Program-made: the position numbers and the translations under genes
NCBI GenBank assembly: GCA_036504495.1
Contig: DASXVC010000014.1
Coordinates: 2,366-66,365, forward strand
DNA length: 64,000 nt
Source of the DNA: Geothrix sp.
GTDB taxonomy: Bacteria; Acidobacteriota; Holophagae; Holophagales; Holophagaceae
Direction: 5' to 3'
The notes under the pieces: model-generated
Database searches by the model: none
What the model was told of the DNA's origin: nothing
The model's input: the letters and a program-made list of their open reading frames with translations, nothing else
Part shown: positions 50,559-58,549 of the stretch, in pieces
Position numbering within the stretch: the stretch's first letter is position 1
Layout: each line of letters starts with the position of its first letter

Positions 50559-50843
50559 CTACAGCACGATGTACCGGTAGGTTCCCGGGTCCTGTTCCTT
50601 CAGCAGCAGCTGGATGGTCCAGCGCCGATCGGGGTAGCGCTCGTACATCGTGGCGCTCATGACGGATTCCGACAGCCAAGGGCGGATGTCCTCGTACCGC
50701 TCGAACACCGGGGGCTCCCAGCCATCGCTTCCGGTGCCCCGGGCCGCCGATCCAGGCTTGAGGTAGTCCAGCAGTCGCGCCAGCGAGGTTTCGGGATCCT
50801 GCATCATCCGCTCCATGCTTCCGGGTGGGGCCTGAGTCTGCAT
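50559..50843 (-). CDS. Small hypothetical protein
   Basis: ORF directly after the PilZ gene on the same strand; start uncertain. Confidence 0.55.
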   Translation of the reverse strand: MQTQAPPGSMERMMQDPETSLARLLDYLKPGSAARGTGSDGWEPPVFERYEDIRPWLSESVMSATMYERYPDRRWTIQLLLKEQDPGTYRYIVL

Positions 50844-50845
50844 GC

Positions 50846-51241
50846 TCAGGCGGGATCGTTCGAAAGCGCCCCATCCGCAGGCTCGCCAGAGGGGCCGGTG
50901 GGTTCGGAGGCATGGGGGGACAGCGATTCGATGAGCGTCCGGAGGGAGGTCTCGCTGCCCGGGTCGAGGGCCTTGGAAAAGGTGATGGCCATGCCCCGCG
51001 CGTCAGACCTCACCACGGTTCCCCGGGCCACGATCCGCCGCTTGGCCTCGCCATCCTGTAGCAGGATGGCCACACCACACGGGCTACCAAGGGGCAGGCG
51101 CTCGCGGCCGCCCACCAGGATGCCCCCCATGCTGAGGTCGATGGCCGTGGGGAAGGCGATGATCCGGTCCTCTGCCACCAGTTTCACCTGGTAGGAGATG
51201 GGAATGCGGCGGAATCGCCGTGTTTCGGGATGTGCGCTCAT
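50846..51241 (-). CDS. PilZ domain protein
   Basis: RRFRR (RxxxR) and DLSMGG motifs, GTVVR...GMAITF. Confidence 0.88.
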   Translation of the reverse strand: MSAHPETRRFRRIPISYQVKLVAEDRIIAFPTAIDLSMGGILVGGRERLPLGSPCGVAILLQDGEAKRRIVARGTVVRSDARGMAITFSKALDPGSETSLRTLIESLSPHASEPTGPSGEPADGALSNDPA

Positions 51242-51289
51242 GAGTGAAATCCGGTTCCCGGCATGATAACGCACGGGAATGGCCCGGGA

Positions 51290-53002
51290 TCACAGGTCCT
51301 CCGTCTCTCCATAGCTCTTGTCGTGCACGCCCGTGACGGCCCGGCCGGAGGGATCGGCCATCCCCGCGAACGAGGCATCCCAGCGCAGGGCGGTTTCCGT
51401 GCTGCACGCGACGCTGCGTTCGAAGGGCACACAGTTCACGGCGGTGGCGCTCGGGAAGTGGTGCTCGAAGATCTGGCGGTAGAAGTAGGCCTCCTTGGTT
51501 TCGGGAGTCTTGACGGGGAACCGCTCCGTGGCGCCCCGCATCATGCCGTCGCTGATCTCCCGTTCGGCCGTGGCCTTGAGGGCGTCGATCCAGGCGTAGC
51601 CCACGCCATCGGAAAACTGCTCCTTCTGCCGCCAGAGCACGGCGTCCGGGATGAGGCTCTCGAAGGCCTTCCGCAGGGGGTATTTTTCGATGGGCCTGGG
51701 CCGTGGGGCGTTCCGGGGCAGCTTCACCGCCGGATCCATGCGCATGGCCACATCGAGGAAGTCCCGGTCCAGGAAGGGCACCCGGGCCTCCACGCCCCAG
51801 GCCGCGCTGGACTTGTTGGCGCGGGCGCAGTCGTAGAGGTGCAGCTTCTGGAGCTTGCGGACGGTCTCGGCGTGCAGCTCAGGGCCGTCCGGCGCCTTGT
51901 GGAAGTAGAGGTAGCCGCCGAAGATCTCGTCAGCGCCCTCGCCCGACAGCACCATCTTGATGCCCATGGCCCGGATCTTCCGCATCATGAGGTACATGGG
52001 CGCCGACGCCCGGATCGTCGTGATGTCGAAGGTCTCCAGGTGGTAGATCACATCCGAAAGAGCGTCCAGGCCCTCCTGCACGGTGAAGTGGAGCTCATGG
52101 TGGATGGCGCCGATGTGCTCGGCCACCAGCCTTGCGGGAGCCAGATCCGGCGCTCCCTCCAGCCCCACGGCGAAGCTGTGGATTCGCGGCCACCAGGCGG
52201 GCGTCGTCCCGCCCTCCTCCACGCGGCCGTCCCGGTACTGGGCAGCGATGGCCGCAATCAGCGAGGAATCCACGCCCCCGGAGATCAGGACGCCGTAGGG
52301 CACATCGCACATGAGCTGGCGCCGCACCGCGGTTTCGAGCGCCGCCCGGAGCGCCTCGGGATCGTAGGGCTCATCCGGGACATGGCCGGGCCGGGCCCAT
52401 TCAGGCTCGTAATAGCGCTGGAAACCCTTGTCCGCCTCGTGTCCCAGGTAGTAATGTCCTGGCGGGAACTCGCGGATCCGGTCGCAGTGGCCTACCAGGG
52501 CCTTCATCTCCGAAGCGGCGTAGAGCCGGTCCTCCCGGTCCCAGCCCAGGTAGAGCGGGACGACGCCGATGGGGTCCCGGGCGATGAGGAAGGTCTCGCG
52601 CTTGGGGTCGTAGAGCACGAAGGCGAAGATGCCGTTCATGCGGTTGAGGAAGTCCCGGGGCGGGAGTTCGTCGTAGAGGTAGAGGATCACCTCGCAGTCC
52701 GAGAGGGTCTGGAAGTCGTGGGCTTCCCGCAGGCCATGCCGGAGGTCCCGGTGGTTGTAGATCTCCCCGTTGACCGCGAGGACGGTGCCCTTGAGGGTGT
52801 CGACGAGGGGCTGGGCGCCGTGCTCCACATCCACGATGGACAGGCGCTCGTGGACGAGGATGGCCCGGTCATCGCTGTAGATGCCGCTCCAGTCAGGACC
52901 CCGGTGGCGGATCTTCCGGGCCATGGCCAGGGCCTGGCGCCGGAGCTCCGCCGGGTTCGAGCGGGAGGGATCGATGTCGAGGATGGTGAGGATGCCGCAC
53001 AT
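51290..53002 (-). CDS. asnB: Asparagine synthetase B (glutamine-hydrolysing)
   Basis: MCGI N-terminus, HRGPDW, NGEIYN, SGGVDSS, SGEGADEIFGGY, RQKEQFSDG. Confidence 0.97.
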   Translation of the reverse strand: MCGILTILDIDPSRSNPAELRRQALAMARKIRHRGPDWSGIYSDDRAILVHERLSIVDVEHGAQPLVDTLKGTVLAVNGEIYNHRDLRHGLREAHDFQTLSDCEVILYLYDELPPRDFLNRMNGIFAFVLYDPKRETFLIARDPIGVVPLYLGWDREDRLYAASEMKALVGHCDRIREFPPGHYYLGHEADKGFQRYYEPEWARPGHVPDEPYDPEALRAALETAVRRQLMCDVPYGVLISGGVDSSLIAAIAAQYRDGRVEEGGTTPAWWPRIHSFAVGLEGAPDLAPARLVAEHIGAIHHELHFTVQEGLDALSDVIYHLETFDITTIRASAPMYLMMRKIRAMGIKMVLSGEGADEIFGGYLYFHKAPDGPELHAETVRKLQKLHLYDCARANKSSAAWGVEARVPFLDRDFLDVAMRMDPAVKLPRNAPRPRPIEKYPLRKAFESLIPDAVLWRQKEQFSDGVGYAWIDALKATAEREISDGMMRGATERFPVKTPETKEAYFYRQIFEHHFPSATAVNCVPFERSVACSTETALRWDASFAGMADPSGRAVTGVHDKSYGETEDL

Positions 53003-53012
53003 GGCTTGCTCC

Positions 53013-53050
53013 AAAAGAAAAAACCCCGATCCGCTTTCGCGAATCGGGGT
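53013..53050 (-). terminator. Attenuator terminator in the asnB 5' leader
   Basis: Minus strand ACCCCGATTCGC-GAAA-GCGGATCGGGGT then TTTTTCTTTT, directly before the asnB RBS. Confidence 0.88.
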
Positions 53051-53069
53051 GGTCCGGGAATTCAGGTGT

Positions 53070-53159
53070 CTAGGTGAGACCCTCTCCGGCCCACGCGCGA
53101 TTCGCGCGAGGGAGCCGATTATTGGAATTGCGGTTGGGCCGCAGAGAGGGATTGGTCAT
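53070..53159 (-). CDS. Putative asnB leader peptide (29 aa, MTNPSLRPNRNSNNRLPRANRAWAGEGLT)
   Basis: Hand translation; 6 Asn codons, 4 of them in codons 9-14; lies between the promoter and the terminator. Confidence 0.8.
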   Translation of the reverse strand: MTNPSLRPNRNSNNRLPRANRAWAGEGLT

Positions 53160-53174
53160 GTAACGCCTGGAAGA

Positions 53175-53204
53175 ACCTTATCGGCTGGCTTCGCAAAACG
53201 TCAA
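53175..53204 (-). promoter_or_regulatory. Putative sigma70 promoter of the asnB leader
   Basis: TTGACG-N18-TAAGGT on the minus strand. Confidence 0.55.
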
Positions 53205-53266
53205 GGTTAGAAGCAGAAGTTGGCTGGTCTTGCGCTTGATGATGAAATGGTGCGGTTGGAGGCGCC

Positions 53267-54298
53267 ATGAAAGCCCTGTTGAAGACCAAGCGCGAGGAAG
53301 GCATCTGGATGGGTGAGGCGCCCATGCCGGAAGTGGGCCCGAACGACGTGCTCATCCGGGTCCACAAGAGCGCCATCTGCGGCACCGACGTCCACATCTA
53401 CAACTGGGATGAGTGGGCCCAGAAGACCATCCCCGTGCCCATGGTGGTGGGCCATGAGTACTTCGGCGTCATCGAGAAAGTGGGGGCCGAGGTCGAGGGC
53501 TACCAGCCCGGCGACCGGGTGAGCGGCGAGGGCCACATCACCTGCGGCCACTGCCGGAACTGCCGGGCGGGCAAGCGCCACCTCTGCCGAAACACCGTGG
53601 GTGTGGGCGTGAACCGTACGGGGTCCTTCGCGGAGTACCTGTCCATCCCCGCCTTCAACGTCTTCAAGGTGCCCGACAACATCCCGGACGAGGTGGCCTC
53701 CATCTTCGACCCCTACGGCAATGCCGCCCACACGGCCCTCAGCTTCGACATGGTGGGCGAGGATGTGCTGATCACGGGCGCGGGCCCCATCGGCATCATG
53801 GCCGTGGCCATCGCCAAGCACGTGGGCGCCCGGCACGTGGTCATCACGGACGTGAACGAGTACCGGCTGGATCTGGCCCGGAAGATGGGTGCCACCGTGG
53901 CCGTGAATCCCACGAAGAAGAGCCTCCCCGACGTGATGAAGGACCTGGGTATGACCGAAGGCTTCGATGTGGGCCTGGAGATGAGCGGCAACCGCAACGC
54001 CTTTGAATCCATGCTGGAAGCCATGCACCATGGCGGCCGCGTGGCCCTGCTGGGCATCCTCCCCGGCGACTGCGCCATCGACTGGAGCCAGGTGATCTTC
54101 AAGGGCCTGGTGCTGAAGGGGATCTACGGCCGGGAAATGTTCGAGACCTGGTACAAGATGGCCGCCATGGTCCAGAGTGGGCTCGACATCACCCCCGTGA
54201 TCACCCACCACTACAGCATCGACGACTTCCAGAAGGGATTCGATGCGATGCGGAGCGGGCAGAGCGGGAAGGTGATCCTGGATTGGGGCGTCAGCTAG
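53267..54298 (+). CDS. tdh: L-threonine 3-dehydrogenase
   Basis: [22 protein letters not shown]...[18 protein letters not shown]. Confidence 0.97.
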   Translation: MKALLKTKREEGIWMGEAPMPEVGPNDVLIRVHKSAICGTDVHIYNWDEWAQKTIPVPMVVGHEYFGVIEKVGAEVEGYQPGDRVSGEGHITCGHCRNCRAGKRHLCRNTVGVGVNRTGSFAEYLSIPAFNVFKVPDNIPDEVASIFDPYGNAAHTALSFDMVGEDVLITGAGPIGIMAVAIAKHVGARHVVITDVNEYRLDLARKMGATVAVNPTKKSLPDVMKDLGMTEGFDVGLEMSGNRNAFESMLEAMHHGGRVALLGILPGDCAIDWSQVIFKGLVLKGIYGREMFETWYKMAAMVQSGLDITPVITHHYSIDDFQKGFDAMRSGQSGKVILDWGVS

Positions 54299-54319
54299 CT
54301 TCTTGCAGAGAGGCACCTG

Positions 54320-54370
54320 CAAAATGCGGCCCATGGCCGCATTTTGTTTGCTGCGCACGCAGTGCGCAGC
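54320..54370. terminator. Double hairpin between convergent genes
   Basis: CAAAATGCGGCC-CAT-GGCCGCATTTTG then GCTGCGCAC-GCA-GTGCGCAGC. Confidence 0.65.
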
Positions 54371-54393
54371 TTGCCACAAAGCTCATTGGAACC

Positions 54394-55017
54394 TCAACGA
54401 AGGGGCTGCGGCTGGGGGACGGGCGGGAAGGGGCCGTCGGTCCAGGAAGCGCCGTCCTTGATGAGGATGTCGCCGGCGAGCCCCTCGCCACCGGGCAGGC
54501 CGTCGGTGCCGAGGCAGACCAGGTAATACCCGTCGAACTTGGTGTTGAACTTTTGTTTGACCGGCCCGCGCTTGACCTGGACCTCCTCGACGGGCCGCGC
54601 GACGTAGGCGCGGTAGAGGAAGGGATGGCCCCAGGGCGCTTCGGGCACCTGTTCCAGGTATTCGGGGACCAGGCTCTGCAGGGACCCGGGGTATTCGCCG
54701 GTCTTGGCCCGGTAGCGGATCAGGGCATCCATGATGCGTTTGAGGGCGGACCGGACCTGCTTCTGGCGGTCGGCCAGATCCCGGTTCACGAAGGCCTCGA
54801 TGAGAAAGAGATCCCGCTTGGCCTGCTGGGCGGCATCCGTGTCCGGGTAGCGGTCCACCAGCTGCTTCATCATGGCCTTAGCCTCGAGGCTCCGGCCCTC
54901 CAGGTTCATTTTCCGGGCTTCCTCGTAGAGGTTCCCGGGCAGCCTGGGGTCCTCGGAGCTGCATCCGGCCAGGAGCGTTAGAAGGGCCAGGGCGGGGGCG
55001 AAAGACGTGCGGCGCAT
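54394..55017 (-). CDS. Lipoprotein with TPR-like helix pair and GspG-like C-terminal domain
   Basis: LAGC lipobox; LVDRYPDT; ALIRY....GEYP..L..L, PWG.PF.Y, LGTDGLPGGEGLAGDI as in T2SS protein G. Confidence 0.7.
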   Translation of the reverse strand: MRRTSFAPALALLTLLAGCSSEDPRLPGNLYEEARKMNLEGRSLEAKAMMKQLVDRYPDTDAAQQAKRDLFLIEAFVNRDLADRQKQVRSALKRIMDALIRYRAKTGEYPGSLQSLVPEYLEQVPEAPWGHPFLYRAYVARPVEEVQVKRGPVKQKFNTKFDGYYLVCLGTDGLPGGEGLAGDILIKDGASWTDGPFPPVPQPQPLR

Positions 55018-55072
55018 GGCATGAACCTTAGCAGAGGCGCGGGACGGTAGGATGGAAGAAAGAGGAGGGCAC

Positions 55073-55726
55073 ATGACCGACAGGCCGATGCTGGTGGGCA
55101 TCGTGGGGGGCTCCGGAAGCGGGAAGACCTCGGTGGCCGCCGAGCTGGTGAAGCGCCTCAAACGACGCAGCGTGGCCACGCTCCTGCTGGACATGGACGC
55201 CTACTACGCGCCGCTGGAAGTGGTGAAGGGGCGGTTCGGGGGGCGGCCTGTGAACTGGGACCATCCGCACGCCTTCGACCTGGAGCTCATGGCGTCCCAT
55301 CTGTCGGCCCTGCACCGCGGGGAGAGCATCCGGAAGCCGGCCTACGACTTCACCCTGTCTGATCGCACCGGCTGGGAGGAGCCCGTACCGCCGGGCCAGG
55401 TGGTGATTCTCGAGGGGCTGCTGCTGTTCGCCCTCCAGGAACTCCGGGACCAGCTGGATACCAAGATCTTCGTGGACACGGACGCGGACATCCGCATCCT
55501 CCGGCGCATCCGGCGGGACACGCGCGAGCGGGGGCGCAGCCTCGAGAGCGTCATGGACCAGTACGAGCAGAGCGTCCGCCCCATGCACCTGGAGTTCGTG
55601 GAACCCAGCAAGCGCTGGGCCGACCTCATCGTGCCCACGGGCGTGGAGAACCGCACGGCCCTGGACGTCATCACCCACCACATCTGCAGCCGCGTGCTTG
55701 ATCAGGGAGAACCCCAGCGTGTTTGA
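55073..55726 (+). CDS. udk: Uridine kinase
   Basis: GIVGGSGSGKT, DAYY, NWDHPHAFD, ILEG, RRIRRD..ERGR, VEPSKRWAD. Confidence 0.95.
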   Translation: MTDRPMLVGIVGGSGSGKTSVAAELVKRLKRRSVATLLLDMDAYYAPLEVVKGRFGGRPVNWDHPHAFDLELMASHLSALHRGESIRKPAYDFTLSDRTGWEEPVPPGQVVILEGLLLFALQELRDQLDTKIFVDTDADIRILRRIRRDTRERGRSLESVMDQYEQSVRPMHLEFVEPSKRWADLIVPTGVENRTALDVITHHICSRVLDQGEPQRV

Positions 55727-56036
55727 GAACGGCATCCACCTCTCCGCGGAAACCTATCGGGACCTGGACAGCTCCGTACAGCGTCTCGACGTCCGCGAGG
55801 CCTGGGAATACGACCTGGCGCATATCCCCGGAGCCATCCTCATCCCCCTGGGCCAGCTGGCGGACCGGGTGGCCGAACTGGATCCCTCCCGCCCCGTGGC
55901 GGCCTACTGCCACCACGGCACCCGCAGCCTCTATGCCCTGCGGTTCCTCCAGGGGGTGGGGTTCAAGGACCTGGCCCACCTCGCCGGTGGCATCGACGCC
56001 TACAGCCGCCTGGACCCCTCTGTGCCGAGGTACTGA
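55719..56036 (+). CDS. Rhodanese-like domain protein
   Basis: DVRE.WEY..AHIPG, YCHHG.RS, LAGGIDAY...DPSVPRY. Confidence 0.9.
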   Translation: MFENGIHLSAETYRDLDSSVQRLDVREAWEYDLAHIPGAILIPLGQLADRVAELDPSRPVAAYCHHGTRSLYALRFLQGVGFKDLAHLAGGIDAYSRLDPSVPRY

Positions 56037-56641
56037 TGCGGCTGCTGCACTGCCACCCGGAGGGCTTTGATCCCGCCACCGAATGGACCCAGGAGTCCGA
56101 GAGCGTGCGTCAGGATTCGCGGCTCTTCCGGCAGATCGTGGCCCAGCGCCGGAGCCCCCATACGGGGCGCCAGCACGCCTTCTACCGCCTGCAGGGACCT
56201 GACTGGGTGAATGTGGTGGCCTTCACCCGCGGTGGCGACCTGCTGGTGGTGGAGCAGTTCCGGCACGGCATCGATGCCCCCACCCTGGAGATCCCAGGCG
56301 GCGGTTGTGACGCCGGGGAGGCCCCCGAGGCTGCCGCCCGGAGGGAGCTTCGGGAGGAAACTGGGTTTTCTTCCGACCGGTGGGTCGCCCTGGGCTCCTG
56401 CACCCCGAATCCCGCCACCCAGAACAACCGTTGCCACACCTTCCTGGCCCTGGACTGCGATCCAGATGGCCCCCTGGCCCTGGATCCCGCGGAGGAACTG
56501 CAGGTCTGGGCCTGCGGCTGGTCTGAATGGCAGGGCCTCATGCACCGGGGTGAGATCCACCACGCCCTTGTCCTGGCGGCCTTCCAGCTCTTGAGCCTAT
56601 GGGAGGGCTGGCCTGCGCTGCGGGAGCGGCTGGAACTCTGA
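56036..56641 (+). CDS. NUDIX hydrolase (ADP-ribose pyrophosphatase-like)
   Basis: EIPGG...GE.PE.AARRELREETG Nudix box, QFRHG. Confidence 0.92.
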   Translation: MRLLHCHPEGFDPATEWTQESESVRQDSRLFRQIVAQRRSPHTGRQHAFYRLQGPDWVNVVAFTRGGDLLVVEQFRHGIDAPTLEIPGGGCDAGEAPEAAARRELREETGFSSDRWVALGSCTPNPATQNNRCHTFLALDCDPDGPLALDPAEELQVWACGWSEWQGLMHRGEIHHALVLAAFQLLSLWEGWPALRERLEL

Positions 56642-56713
56642 ACCTGTTTGTCGCCTTTTCCCGAAGCCGCGCAAGGCGCTAGTCTGGAGGCTGGATCCCG
56701 ATGAGGAGTGGCC

Positions 56714-57211
56714 ATGGCCAGCGAGTGTTCGTTTGATGTCGTCTGCAAGGTGGACCTGGACGAGGTGAAGAACGCCGTGTCCCAGGCCATGAAGGAGATC
56801 GGCCAGCGCTACGACTTCAAGGGCTCGGTCTCCAAGATCGAGCTGAAGGATGACAAGGTGCTGGTGCTCAACAGCGACGACGAGGTGAAGCTCAAGGCCG
56901 TCATCGACGTGCTGCAGACCAAGCTGCACAAGCGCGGCGTGAGCATCCGCAGCATGGAATACGGGAAGCTCGAGCCGGCCTCCAAGGGCAGTGTTCGCCA
57001 GGAAGTCACCATCCAGCAGGGCATCCCGGTGGACAAGGCCAAGGGCCTCATCAAGGCGATCAAGGACTCGAAGATCAAGGTCCAGGCCAGCATCCAGGGC
57101 GACCAGCTCCGCGTCAGCGGCAAGAGCCGCGACGATCTGCAGGAAGTCATCGCCCTCTTCAAGAAGGACGATCAGGGATTGGACCTCCAGTTCACGAACT
57201 ACCGAGGATGA
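56714..57211 (+). CDS. yajQ: YajQ family nucleotide-binding protein
   Basis: [40 protein letters not shown]. Confidence 0.95.
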   Translation: MASECSFDVVCKVDLDEVKNAVSQAMKEIGQRYDFKGSVSKIELKDDKVLVLNSDDEVKLKAVIDVLQTKLHKRGVSIRSMEYGKLEPASKGSVRQEVTIQQGIPVDKAKGLIKAIKDSKIKVQASIQGDQLRVSGKSRDDLQEVIALFKKDDQGLDLQFTNYRG

Positions 57212-57215
57212 CCCT

Positions 57216-58211
57216 TTGAGCCGACTCGACCTCTCCCACTACTTCCTCCCCATCGCCCCCAAGCTGGTGGGCGTCGAGGCGGAGCTGCAGCGCATCCTGC
57301 AGAGTGATGTGGAAGTGGTCCAGAAGCTGGCGGACCACGTGCGGGGCGGGCAGGGGAAGCGCCTGCGGCCGGCCCTGGTGATGCTGTCCTCCCGGTTCTG
57401 TGGTGTCCCCAATGACGAGGATGTGCGTTTCGGGGCCGTCTTCGAGCTGATCCACACCGCCACGCTGGTGCATGACGATGTCATCGACCACGCCCAGCTC
57501 CGCCGCGGCATGCCCACCCTCAACCGGCTCTGGGGCAACACCCTCACCGTTCTTTTCGGCGACCTGCTCTACCTGGTGGCCATGAACGAGGCCATCGCTG
57601 GCCGCAGCTGGCGGATGATGGAGATCTTCGCGGAAGTCACCACCCGCATGATCGAGGGCGAGCTCATCCAGAACGATGTGCTCTTCAAGCTGGACACCAC
57701 CCGCAAGGACTATTTCGACATCCAGGAGCGGAAGACCGCCCTCCTGTTCAGCGGCTGCACGGAAACGGGCGCGGTGCTCACCGGACGGAGCCTGGAGGAA
57801 TGCAGGTCCATGCGGGAGTACGGCCTGGAGGTGGGCCGGGCCTTCCAGCTGGTGGACGACCTCCTGGACTACACCGCCACGAGCGAGCAGCTGGGCAAAC
57901 CGGCTTTCAGCGACCTGCGTGAGGGCAAGCTCACCCTGCCCATGCTCACCCTGCTGGAACGGGCCCCGGATGAAGTCCGTTCCCTGATCCGCACCATCTG
58001 GCACCGGGGCGAGGAAGTCCCCATCCCGGAGGACGAGGAGGCCCAGCTTCGGGCCCTCATCACGAGGCATGATGCCCTCTCCGAGACCCGTGAGCTCGCC
58101 CTCAGGGCCTCGAAGAATGCCGTGGCCCGCCTGGCCGCCGTCCAGGGTGATGCCGCCACGGGCGTCCTGCTGCGTGAGATCCCCGAGGTTCTGCTGTCCC
58201 GGAGCAAGTGA
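57216..58211 (+). CDS. Polyprenyl diphosphate synthase (IspB-like)
   Basis: GKRLRP, HDDVID...RRG, FQLVDDLLD, GK....DLREGK.TLP; TTG start after GAGGA. Confidence 0.93.
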   Translation: MSRLDLSHYFLPIAPKLVGVEAELQRILQSDVEVVQKLADHVRGGQGKRLRPALVMLSSRFCGVPNDEDVRFGAVFELIHTATLVHDDVIDHAQLRRGMPTLNRLWGNTLTVLFGDLLYLVAMNEAIAGRSWRMMEIFAEVTTRMIEGELIQNDVLFKLDTTRKDYFDIQERKTALLFSGCTETGAVLTGRSLEECRSMREYGLEVGRAFQLVDDLLDYTATSEQLGKPAFSDLREGKLTLPMLTLLERAPDEVRSLIRTIWHRGEEVPIPEDEEAQLRALITRHDALSETRELALRASKNAVARLAAVQGDAATGVLLREIPEVLLSRSK

Positions 58212-58225
58212 TTAAGGGTTTCCGA

Positions 58226-58530
58226 TTATCGGCGAGCCTCAGCCTCAAAAAGATCTCCACGAAGAACACGAAGGCACCCTGCGGGCGCATGAAGGGCGCG
58301 AATGGGCCTCGACCCACCGTGGACATCCCTTCGCGAGCGTCAGCCGTGGCGGCTTCGGAAGTCGCCCAGAGCCGCCGCCCGCGAAGCCGGTTGCGCCATG
58401 CGCGACCGGGGCCCGAGGCCCGGATGTCCTAAGCCGAAACCTGGTAACTGCCTTTGTGGCCTTTGCTTTCTTCTTCGTGTTCTTCGTGGAGGCTTTTGAA
58501 TCCTTTGATCAGGCTGAGGCTTGCCGATAA
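58226..58530. repeat. Nested inverted-repeat element (three layers)
   Basis: Outer IR 19/20 bp (58226-58245 / 58511-58530); middle CACGAAG-family arms (58255 / 58491); inner GGACATCC...GGATGTCC multibranch (58321-58429). Confidence 0.8.
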
Positions 58531-58549
58531 CGAGGTAAGGGTTATCCGA

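Noticed and set aside
58208-58499. Short ORFs across repeat elements (TTKTPR-, HEEHEE-, AENAE-type peptides)
   Set aside because: Translations of the tandem arms, with no RBS or coding bias
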